Source of the DNA: an uncultured virus (IMG/VR IMGVR_UViG_3300037153_000351) | Taxonomy: Duplodnaviria > Heunggongvirae > Uroviricota > Caudoviricetes | IMG/VR virus record: IMGVR_UViG_3300037153_000351 | Reading direction: 5' to 3' (one strand) | DNA length: 20,000 nucleotides | In this document: one piece after another, positions 7,447-15,157 of the stretch | Layout of the letters: every line of letters starts with the position of its first letter | Position numbering within the stretch: position 1 is the stretch's first letter | Translations under genes and position numbers: made by a program | The notes under the pieces: generated by a model | Databases searched by the model: none | Told to the model about the DNA's origin: nothing | What the model saw: only the letters and a program-made list of their open reading frames with translations

Positions 7447-9804
7447 TCACCATGTGATCGCGGAGACGTAGGAAACCATGCCCGTGCGCCGCATGACCCA
7501 ATTCATCCTTTGGATCATTCGCAGTGCAAGGGTATCAGTTTGCCACAGTGACCTAACCGGAGTCGCCGCAGTGCCCGCACCCGTGCCGCCGACAATCGGC
7601 GCGGGATTCGTGTCTTCCTCGTGAATCGTCGCTTGGTCGCTAATGTCAAAAGCGGGGGCTTCTCCGCCGACAGTAACGAAATCCGCCGCGTCGAGTAGGA
7701 TAACCGTTTTCACGGGCACGGTTCCGGAATCGATGACCGGGATATTGAGCAACGTTCCGCGCGCCAACTCGTCACGGAATGGCATGAGGCCTGTGTTCGG
7801 CGGAACGATCATGCTTGCCGAGAGCACGTCGCCCGGGTTCATGAGAAAAACCGGCGAGCGCAGATTGCCCTGTGTCGAGGTAACGAGCGCACCGACGAGA
7901 TTCTTGATATCGCCGATAATCGCGTTGAAGGCATTGCCGCCGAGCGCCGTCGGGGTTTGACCCGAAACGCCGTTGAGCAAGCCCGCGGGACGAATGGTCG
8001 TCGCCGCATTGCTATCGAGCAACACGCTATCGAGCGCGACCGAGGTATCGTCCGAGATAGCTTCACGCAAAAGCCCCTCGATGGCCGGGATAGAGTATTG
8101 ATCGATCTCCTTTGTCCAGCTCGTGATCACGGCCATCTTTTTCGGAGTTAACACTTGACTCGTGAACGCGCCGCGCCGCACGGGGATCGGCATACCCTCG
8201 CCGACGAATGAGCCGGCGATGGTCGGGGTTGCGCTGCGCATCGGGATATTGATGCGACCGGCACGACCGAACGACAATTGCAGGCCCCTCGCCGCGAGCC
8301 GCGGATATACACTTTGAGGCTGGAGGAGTCCGAGGTAATCCGCGTTAATTTGCGTCACGAGTTCGGCCGCCCATCCGGTGACTGTCGTCAAGGCCGGATT
8401 GACCGCCGCGCGCGTGTGCCAATCAACGACGGCGCGCATCTTGTCGTTATTGTAGGGCTCGTATCCCTTGCAGATTTCCTCCGGCGAGCGATTGAAGATC
8501 CGCGCGAGATAGGTCACCACGCCGGTGCGCACGACATAGTCGAGCGGCTTGATTTCTTTCGAACCGGGCGGGGCGAAAAAGCTCTTGCGGCGCTCGCGTT
8601 CGGCCTCGCTCACGTCGTGGCCGTTACCGTTGTGATGGCGCACGACCTGCACATTGCTATCGTGGCCGTCGCCATTGCTCGGCGTTGTGTGGCCGGCGAG
8701 GTTGCGCTCCGACTCTTCGAGCATGGAGAGAGTCTTTTTCGCCTGCGCGATTTTGCCGTTGAGCGTGGTCGTGGTTTGCATTTGCTCGTCGGTGACGTTG
8801 GAATCGTCGAGCCGACCGATATGCTCCCCAAGCTCGTCGGAATATTGGACGAGCCGCTTTTGGATTTCCTGAATTCTAGCAGCAAGGCCGCTCATGGCGG
8901 TGCCCTTTCCTGTAGCGTTTGACGATGTGGCGTGCTTGCCATGGGAGGCGTCGGCGGATCGTTTTGGCGTGCTTGCCCGAGTCCTCGACGAAATGAGACG
9001 CACCACGTTTCTATTGATGGCGTGCTTGCCGAAAACGAGGTGTTCCGTCTCTTGGGAAATGTGCAGCGACTTGACGACCGCCAATGCGTTCGGGTTGGCG
9101 GGGATACTTACGAGCGACGTCTCGACGAGCTCGTGTTTGGTGAACCGTTGCGGCCCGAAAGGATCCTTGTCCTTTTCGTTGAGCGGTTTCGATTCGATCG
9201 GCCGGAAACCGACCGACACCGCGCGCAGGATTCCGGCTTGCACGAGCCGGCGGATCTCGTCGATCCGTTCCGAGGTGCCTTCCGGCGCGAGCATGAGCTC
9301 GCCGCGTAATGAATTCTTGTCGGTGCGCACGTTGCGCCATGTGCCGATCGGAAAATTAGGATTGTGGTTGAAGAGAGCCAAGGGGTTGCGGAGGAAATTT
9401 TTGAAATCCCATCCGGCGACATCGATCACGTCGCCGAACCGATCCGGGGTTGCGTCCGATAAAATGAATTCCGTTCCGCTTCCTTGTGTCGTGGTTTGCT
9501 TGTGCACGAGCTTGGCACCCGCGCGTTCCTCCCACGCGATTTGACATGCGTCCTCGGCCTCGTCCTCGTCGGCCCCCGCGTCGGTGAGCTCGCCAATGCA
9601 GCGATCCATATATTCGCCGTGCGATTCACCGTCCTCCGGGATTGGCACGTCGTCCAATTGCTTATTGCGATTGCGCCAAATGTCGAGGCATGCGGCGACC
9701 GCCTGTTCCTGTGGCCGCTTATCCTCGCCGGTGCCAATCATTTCCGGGACGCATCGCGACATCCATTCCGACTGCGATTCACCTTTGTGCGGTTTGATCG
9801 GCAT
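7447..9804 (-). CDS. Prohead protease (HK97 type) - major capsid protein fusion
   Basis: Protease motifs DRFGDVI, LFNHNPNFPIG, VSVGFRP, ELVETSLVSIPANPNA. These are followed by a coiled-coil delta-like region and an HK97 capsid fold (FVGEGMPIP, LTPKKMAVITSWTKE, RPAGLLNG, SLWQTDTLALRM). RBS AAAGGA. Confidence 0.95.
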   Translation of the reverse strand: MPIKPHKGESQSEWMSRCVPEMIGTGEDKRPQEQAVAACLDIWRNRNKQLDDVPIPEDGESHGEYMDRCIGELTDAGADEDEAEDACQIAWEERAGAKLVHKQTTTQGSGTEFILSDATPDRFGDVIDVAGWDFKNFLRNPLALFNHNPNFPIGTWRNVRTDKNSLRGELMLAPEGTSERIDEIRRLVQAGILRAVSVGFRPIESKPLNEKDKDPFGPQRFTKHELVETSLVSIPANPNALAVVKSLHISQETEHLVFGKHAINRNVVRLISSRTRASTPKRSADASHGKHATSSNATGKGTAMSGLAARIQEIQKRLVQYSDELGEHIGRLDDSNVTDEQMQTTTTLNGKIAQAKKTLSMLEESERNLAGHTTPSNGDGHDSNVQVVRHHNGNGHDVSEAERERRKSFFAPPGSKEIKPLDYVVRTGVVTYLARIFNRSPEEICKGYEPYNNDKMRAVVDWHTRAAVNPALTTVTGWAAELVTQINADYLGLLQPQSVYPRLAARGLQLSFGRAGRINIPMRSATPTIAGSFVGEGMPIPVRRGAFTSQVLTPKKMAVITSWTKEIDQYSIPAIEGLLREAISDDTSVALDSVLLDSNAATTIRPAGLLNGVSGQTPTALGGNAFNAIIGDIKNLVGALVTSTQGNLRSPVFLMNPGDVLSASMIVPPNTGLMPFRDELARGTLLNIPVIDSGTVPVKTVILLDAADFVTVGGEAPAFDISDQATIHEEDTNPAPIVGGTGAGTAATPVRSLWQTDTLALRMIQRMNWVMRRTGMVSYVSAITW

Positions 9805-9817
9805 GGCGGATCCTTTC

Positions 9818-10837
9818 TCACCAACGGCCTATCGTCCAAGCGACGCCGGCTTGCGAGCGCAGCGCCCATGAGACGGGAAGGCGGAGACGAATTGCGACGC
9901 AATCGGTTTGCCACGTGGATTGCGTTGGGCCGGTCATGAGGTCGGTTGGTGCATTTTCCATTTGCAAGGTGTTCTCGCGCCGCGCCGATATTTCCGGCAC
10001 ACCATCGAATGCGGAAACCAGCACGTCGGGCGCAACCGCGATCATGTCATTGGTGCCGCGCAGCGCGCGTGTGCCGATCATGGTGACGGGCTCATAGGCG
10101 TCGAGCGTCAATTGCGCTTTCATCGTGCGCGCCAAGCTTTGCAGATAGATCGGCGGCCGGAACGCGACCTCGGCGACCTCAAGATAGAGGTTCGTCAAGT
10201 CGCTGATCAGCGCGGTGCGCGGATCCGTTGACGGGTCGGCGGCAATTCCGATGACGCCATAGCGCAGGCCGGCGGGGCGCGCCGCGCTCGCGGGTTGGTC
10301 GTCGAGCAACACCGCGTCGAGTGTGAGCGCGACCGACCGCGTGAGCGCGTCCGCGATCAGGGCCTCGGCGTTTGAGGACCGCACCATTTCGCTTGTGAGA
10401 ACGACAATGCAGGCGAGCTTGTGCGGCGTGAGCTTGCACAGTTCGGCCTGCCCCTGCACGACCGGGATCGGAAATCCTTCGGGCACGAATGCCGCCAGCG
10501 TTGGATCTCCGAACAACGTCGGCACAGAGATTTCGCCGGCGTTATCGAATGCGAGTTGCAGGCCGCTCGCGAAGATCCGCGCCGCCGCCGATTGCGGGGC
10601 GAGTGCGACCACGAATTCCGGCATGACCGTATGCACGAGCGCCGGCACGTCGGCCGTCGTCGCCGGCGGCGAGGCCGCGCGCAGCAACCACGGCACAACG
10701 CTATCGTCGCTCCCCCATCGGAGTTGCGCGACCCGATGCGCGGGGACGCCCTCGAATGCGGCGATAGCGGCCGCCGCGCATGCGCGCACGAGGCTCCGCA
10801 CGCCGTGCGGAATTACCAATTCGCGTTTTGAATCCAT
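9818..10837 (-). CDS. Stand-alone HK97-fold capsid paralogue B (339 aa from the probable ATG)
   Basis: LAPQSAAARIFASGLQLAF, AFVPEGFPIPV, LTPHKLACIVVLTSEM, LDAVLLDD...RPAGLRYG, STWQTDCVAIRL...WALRS all align by eye with the capsid part of 7447..9804. Confidence 0.85.
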   Translation of the reverse strand: MDSKRELVIPHGVRSLVRACAAAAIAAFEGVPAHRVAQLRWGSDDSVVPWLLRAASPPATTADVPALVHTVMPEFVVALAPQSAAARIFASGLQLAFDNAGEISVPTLFGDPTLAAFVPEGFPIPVVQGQAELCKLTPHKLACIVVLTSEMVRSSNAEALIADALTRSVALTLDAVLLDDQPASAARPAGLRYGVIGIAADPSTDPRTALISDLTNLYLEVAEVAFRPPIYLQSLARTMKAQLTLDAYEPVTMIGTRALRGTNDMIAVAPDVLVSAFDGVPEISARRENTLQMENAPTDLMTGPTQSTWQTDCVAIRLRLPVSWALRSQAGVAWTIGRW

Positions 10838-11832
10838 GCCGCGCCTTGCGGCGAGCGCAACGCCCACGTCGCGGGCGCGACCATTTTGACGGCAACACTC
10901 GCGGTCTGGAACATGGAGGACACGGGCGGGGCGGGGAACGCCGCCGGCGCGCTATCCATGGTCAAGGTTGCTTGCGTCGAGATCTCGAATTCCGGCACGC
11001 CGGCCGCCGACACGACGGCGTTGACGGCAACCGCAATCACGGTGCCTTCTGGAACGGCGGCCGCCAGCGCGATGATATTGGCGTTCTGCCCTCCCCCTCG
11101 CGTCACAATCGCGGTGATCTGCGCGAGATTGCCGACGAATGCGATTTTGCTCGCGCCCGCGACCGGCGCGATCGCCGCGGCGAGCTTGGCGAGGTCGGCC
11201 ACCATGGCGTCGCTTTTCTGCCCGGTGCCGGGATCCTCCGTGAGCGGCGCAATGCCGTTGAGCAAGCCGGCGGGTTGCGCGGGCGTGGCGGCGGCATTCG
11301 AGAACACCGCGGCGTCGAGCACGGGCCCAAGGCTTTGCGCGAGCATTGCGCGCATGAATGTTTCGGTCGGATCCTGCGCGAACAATTCCGTCGAGGCCAC
11401 GGTAATGCCGGCGACCTTGTGCGGGTCGAGCCGCGCGCCCGCGCTCGTGCCCTGTAGAACCGGCTTTGCGTCGCCTTCGGCGACGAACGCAACCGGCACG
11501 GTAGCGAGGCCCGGGACGGTGACGCCGCCGAACTCGCGTCCGAGCGGCACGGAAAGCCCCATGTCGAACAATTGCGCGGCGGCCGAATACGGTTCGAGCA
11601 TGGGAAACACCGCGGCCGCGATTTGCACGAGCGCGGCGGTGTCGGTCATCGTGTGCGGCGAGGTCGCGGCGCGCACGATCAAATGCGCGTCCTCGTCGAA
11701 CGGCCATGCCTTGGCCGCGTGCTCGTCGGCGGTCATGGAGCGGTCAAGCCGCGAGCGCAGCGTCGCCATGGCGGCGCGCGAGATCGAAAGGATCGGGTCG
11801 CGCTTGAATGTGGAATGGTCGAGCGGTTTCAT
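10813..11832 (-). CDS. Stand-alone HK97-fold capsid paralogue A (339 aa from the probable ATG)
   Basis: Start re-called at MKPLDHS (ATGA overlap with the glycosyltransferase stop; RBS GAGG). LEPYSAAAQLFDMGL, AFVAEGDAKPV, LDPHKVAGITVASTEL, QPAGLLNGI, SMFQTASVAVKM...WALRS. Confidence 0.85.
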   Translation of the reverse strand: MKPLDHSTFKRDPILSISRAAMATLRSRLDRSMTADEHAAKAWPFDEDAHLIVRAATSPHTMTDTAALVQIAAAVFPMLEPYSAAAQLFDMGLSVPLGREFGGVTVPGLATVPVAFVAEGDAKPVLQGTSAGARLDPHKVAGITVASTELFAQDPTETFMRAMLAQSLGPVLDAAVFSNAAATPAQPAGLLNGIAPLTEDPGTGQKSDAMVADLAKLAAAIAPVAGASKIAFVGNLAQITAIVTRGGGQNANIIALAAAVPEGTVIAVAVNAVVSAAGVPEFEISTQATLTMDSAPAAFPAPPVSSMFQTASVAVKMVAPATWALRSPQGAAWIQNANW

Positions 11833-12998
11833 GATGCCTCGCATTGCGCGCTTGCCCAATCGCCGGCGGTTTGCTGGCGACAGATTTTCAGATTGCGATA
11901 CCACGGCGACAGCCATCGCCAGCTTGCCCAATGCGACAACAGCGCCGTGATGTTCGGGTGCCCGATCGCGCCGGCGAGGTGTAGCGCCGCGGTGTCGACG
12001 GTCACGATCTCGTCAAGCAACGACATGAGCGCGGCGCAGTCGGCGAAATCCTCGAAGCGGAAATTCGCGACGCCGAGCGCGTCGGCCTCGGCCGCACCCT
12101 GCTGTTGCACGCTCACGAACGTGCGCTCGCGGCCGATGCGTGAGGTGAGTTCGGCGAGCGAGATCGAGCGCGGGTAATCGCCGTCATAGCGCACGCCGAC
12201 CGACCACGCGACGCCGGTCGCCGGCCGCCCGATCCGCGCGCGCCATTTGTCGACGAGCCCGGGGTCGACCGTGAGATACGGGTCGAGCGGCACAGTGTCG
12301 GGCGAGATCTTCAGCATCGTGAGCAAATGCAGGAACGAGCAAAAGTAATCGGCCTCGATCAGCATGTCGGTGACCTCGCCGCATTGCGCCGCGAGCCGGG
12401 TCAATTCCGGCGGCACCATGAGCGTGACCTCGGCCCCCATGCGGCGCAACATCGGCACGAACCGCAAGCACATGATGGTGTCGCCGAACCCGTGGTCGTG
12501 CGTCAGCAACAGGTGCTTGTGTGCGAGCCGTTGGCCCTGCCACGGTTTGAGCCCGCAGGCGAGCGCGTCGCGGCGGTTCGGCCGCATAAACGGCGGCGTG
12601 CGCTCGCATCGTTCATAGACGTCGAGCCCCTCCCGCCAGCGACCGAGGCCGAGCAATATCATCGCGCGATTGAAATGCGCGCGTGTGGTCGCCGCGAGAT
12701 CCAATGCGCGGTCGATTTCCGGCAATGCCGCCGTGGGATTGTTGGCGAACATCAAATGCCGCGCCCGGTCGAAATGGGCGAGATAGGCGTCGATTGTGCC
12801 GGCGGGCGTGAGCTCTTTCGGTAGCGCGTGATAGCCGACCGGCGCGCCGTGGCGATTGGAGATGCACAGGCGTTCCGGGATGTTTGCCGCATCGACGTTG
12901 TAAAGCTCGCCGTCGGCGGTGAGGCCGCGCCATCCGGCGTCATTGCGCTCGCATAGAACAATGGGCGCGAGCTCGGGGGCGTCGAACAGTGCCGTCAT
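11829..12998 (-). CDS. TPR-containing GT-B glycosyltransferase, GT9 (heptosyltransferase)-like
   Basis: TPR-like segment AHFNRAMILLGLGRWREGLDVYE; PWQGQRLAHKHLLLTHDHGFGDTIMCLRF (the EQGxGD-type motif); C-terminal LDEIVTVDTAALHLAGAIG...WRW...WY. Confidence 0.85.
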   Translation of the reverse strand: MTALFDAPELAPIVLCERNDAGWRGLTADGELYNVDAANIPERLCISNRHGAPVGYHALPKELTPAGTIDAYLAHFDRARHLMFANNPTAALPEIDRALDLAATTRAHFNRAMILLGLGRWREGLDVYERCERTPPFMRPNRRDALACGLKPWQGQRLAHKHLLLTHDHGFGDTIMCLRFVPMLRRMGAEVTLMVPPELTRLAAQCGEVTDMLIEADYFCSFLHLLTMLKISPDTVPLDPYLTVDPGLVDKWRARIGRPATGVAWSVGVRYDGDYPRSISLAELTSRIGRERTFVSVQQQGAAEADALGVANFRFEDFADCAALMSLLDEIVTVDTAALHLAGAIGHPNITALLSHWASWRWLSPWYRNLKICRQQTAGDWASAQCEAS

Positions 12999-13002
12999 GT
13001 TG

Positions 13003-13305
13003 TTATCGCAAGCGCGGCAAGCCGCCGATCGCGCCGAGCAAGCAACTCAACAACGCGAAAATGAGATAAACCACGGCGATCATGATCACGGCCCAAATCA
13101 CGATATTGAGTGCGGCCGCGACAAAGCCGAGCAAACCGGACGGCGAGGGCCCCGACCACGGCGCGCTAACCGGCGGCCAAAATGCACTCCCGGGAGCGCC
13201 GCCGCCGAGCGCCATGATCAGCAATCGCAACAGCGCGACAACGGCGATGATGATGATGACCCATACCGCAATGGCTTCCCAGAATGCGAGTGATAAGCAT
13301 GCCAT
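13003..13305 (-). CDS. Small integral membrane protein (two TM segments, Pro/Gly linker)
   Basis: Two long hydrophobic stretches; RBS GGAGG; tightly packed with both neighbours. Confidence 0.75.
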   Translation of the reverse strand: MACLSLAFWEAIAVWVIIIIAVVALLRLLIMALGGGAPGSAFWPPVSAPWSGPSPSGLLGFVAAALNIVIWAVIMIAVVYLIFALLSCLLGAIGGLPRLR

Positions 13306-13306
13306 G

Positions 13307-13477
13307 TCAGCCTCCGCGCCGGTTCGGATGCGATTGCGCTTTCGCTTCCGGTTTTGCCAGCGTGACCGGGCGCGGCTTGTGCTGTTCGCGCTCGCGCCCG
13401 CCGCTCGTGAATTTGTAGGTCGCTTTCGTGAGTGCGCCGCGCAAGGCGATGCGCGCGCGATCGTCGAGGCGTTTCAT
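13307..13477 (-). CDS. Small basic hypothetical protein (56 aa)
   Basis: Start re-called at MKRLDDRAR with RBS AGAGG; stop lies 1 nt before the next start. Confidence 0.5.
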   Translation of the reverse strand: MKRLDDRARIALRGALTKATYKFTSGGREREQHKPRPVTLAKPEAKAQSHPNRRGG

Positions 13478-13788
13478 GCTCGTGCCTCTTGCAAGGTTGC
13501 CCGGGCCCTCCGACCAACGGTTGCCACGGCGGGGCACCGTCGAGGAGGCCGGAAGGCCCGGGCGTGCCCCGGTCGCGAATCCGGGGAGCGGAATTGAGTC
13601 GCGTCCTTGAGTATCGGAACACGAACGTGCGACACTTGCGCGCAGAAATTCTCAAACGATCACGTTCGAATTGTCCGCTAACCCTTTGAGCATTTCCGGT
13701 TTGAGTCCCGTGTCGCGGCTCAAGATTCGAAAAAATATTCGAGGTGTGATATTATTATTTCACGTCGTCGGAAATGGCGGCGGGTTAT

Positions 13789-13889
13789 TTGACAAGTGAA
13801 CCCCCTGTGCAGAAAAGGCCCGCCCCGGGCCGCCGCGAGTTTTAAGCGACCGGGGGCGGGGAGTTTCTGTCATACCATGACACAAGGAG
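13789..13889 (+). promoter_or_regulatory. Putative promoter/leader of the plus-strand gene
   Basis: TTGACA at 13789-13794 (no convincing -10); GC-rich hairpin at about 13819-13860; palindrome TGTCAT-ACC-ATGACA at 13868-13882; RBS AAGGAG at 13884-13889. Confidence 0.45.
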
Positions 13890-13895
13890 TCTACC

Positions 13896-14402
13896 ATGCC
13901 CAAGAGGGCAAAAGTAAAGCTTACGAAGATCGAAAAGCTCGACCGCGACATTCGGCTCGCCTATCGCAAGCAAGAGCGCGCGATGGACATGCTCAAAAAA
14001 GGCGAGCGGATGTTGAAGACCTCGGCGAGCGACCTCGCGCGGCTTAACAAGAAAAAGGCGAGGCTCGAAAGTGAGCAATTCTTGTGGGCCAAGGCTCACG
14101 AGTCCACACTTGAGACTGCGGCCGGCGGCGTTCGGTTCGGGCCCGACGAAGCGGTCAAGCGACCGCAGGACGTCGAGCCGCCGAAACCCAAGCGCCGGCG
14201 CAAAGCCCCGCCCGGATCCGAGCAAGCGGCGTTGCAGCACACGCCGCCCTCGGCGAACCTGCCGCCGCCGGATTTCGTCAAGCGGCAACTCGACCGCGCG
14301 CGCGAGGCCGAGGCATCGGTCGAGGACCGCGAGGCCCGCATGAAGTCGCTCGGCTTCCGCCAGACCTCGAATCGCCGTAAACCTCCAAGCGTTGGACAGT
14401 GA
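13896..14402 (+). CDS. Basic, coiled-coil hypothetical protein (moron-like, opposite orientation)
   Basis: Strong RBS AAGGAG; helical Lys/Arg-rich N-terminal half; own downstream terminator. Confidence 0.8.
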   Translation: MPKRAKVKLTKIEKLDRDIRLAYRKQERAMDMLKKGERMLKTSASDLARLNKKKARLESEQFLWAKAHESTLETAAGGVRFGPDEAVKRPQDVEPPKPKRRRKAPPGSEQAALQHTPPSANLPPPDFVKRQLDRAREAEASVEDREARMKSLGFRQTSNRRKPPSVGQ

Positions 14403-14420
14403 AGCGCTTGGCCAATCTGT

Positions 14421-14672
14421 TTAACGCCTCAACTCAAGGCCCGCGCCGCGCAAGGTGCGGGCCTTTTTCATTTCGCCGTCCCAACGCGCGATAATATCCT
14501 TGGCGACCTCGGCGGGATTGCGGCCATAGATGGCGGCCGTGAGGCGAACGACTGTCCAGCCGGCGACCTTATCGACGCGTGTGGGCGGCCAACCGTTCGC
14601 GCCGGCGCGCTCGCGGATAATCCACGCGAGTGCGTCGCGATAACTCGCCGCCGGCAATTCCGATGGTGACAT
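14421..14672 (-). CDS. Hypothetical protein (about 83 aa; start uncertain)
   Basis: MSPSELPAASYRDALAWII...VVRLTAAIYGRNPAEVAKDII looks like a folded helical protein; the upstream extension in the ORF track does not. Confidence 0.5.
   Translation of the reverse strand: MSPSELPAASYRDALAWIIRERAGANGWPPTRVDKVAGWTVVRLTAAIYGRNPAEVAKDIIARWDGEMKKARTLRGAGLELRR
14436..14468 (+). terminator. Intrinsic terminator
   Basis: AAGGCCCGCGCC-GCGCAA-GGTGCGGGCC-TTTTT, 33 nt after the stop of 13896..14402. Confidence 0.75.
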
Positions 14673-14731
14673 TTGGTCCGCCGCCGCGGGGCCGTGTCGG
14701 GTGTCATCATCGGCGATGATTCGCTCGACCG

Positions 14732-14947
14732 TCAAGATCCTGTTCCGATTTCGATCCTGCGGGCGTTTGGCGCGGGGGCGTCGGTAAGTTCCACATCCCA
14801 ATTTCGTATTTGGGCGTAGCGGTGCACCTTTGCGCCCGTCCATCCCATCATGTAGCGCAATAGCGGCGCGGTTTTCACCACACGGTCGCCTTCGAGCTCG
14901 ACGCCGGCGGTGAACGCCTTATCCGACAGGCGGATCAATTCGCGCAT
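14732..14947 (-). CDS. Small phage hypothetical protein (71 aa)
   Basis: Start re-called at MRELIRLSDKAFTAGVELEGDRVVKTAPLLRYMMGW (TGATG overlap with the upstream stop). Confidence 0.7.
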   Translation of the reverse strand: MRELIRLSDKAFTAGVELEGDRVVKTAPLLRYMMGWTGAKVHRYAQIRNWDVELTDAPAPNARRIEIGTGS

Positions 14948-15156
14948 CACTTGTGCGACCCGTGCACATGGGCGCGCCGAACGTGGCGACGCCGAGGTTG
15001 CTCGACCTCCAATCCGGAACGATGCACGACATGTCGCAAATGATGCGACATCGAGTGCCACAGATTTTCGTTGTCACGGTCACGTCGCAAGAGTCGAAAA
15101 TCCTCGTGCGCGTGGCAAGCGTGGCGATGAATGGCGTCGTGATTATTCCAACTCAT
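14947..15156 (-). CDS. His-rich small protein (14 His in 69 aa)
   Basis: RBS GAGGT; starts 1 nt after the methyltransferase stop; its stop overlaps the next start. Confidence 0.6.
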   Translation of the reverse strand: MSWNNHDAIHRHACHAHEDFRLLRRDRDNENLWHSMSHHLRHVVHRSGLEVEQPRRRHVRRAHVHGSHK

Positions 15157-15157
15157 G

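Noticed and set aside
9818..11832. Capsid paralogues as DGR template/variable repeats or a recent DNA duplication
   Set aside because: Similarity is visible only as scattered protein motifs; no near-identical nucleotide repeat with adenine-specific mismatches and no reverse transcriptase in the window.
10323..11950. Long plus-strand ORFs 10886..11950, 10323..10889 and 10780..11457
   Set aside because: Antisense shadows of high-GC capsid-like genes.
13003..13305. Calling the 2-TM protein a holin
   Set aside because: No adjacent endolysin or spanin and no specific holin motif; left as a membrane protein.
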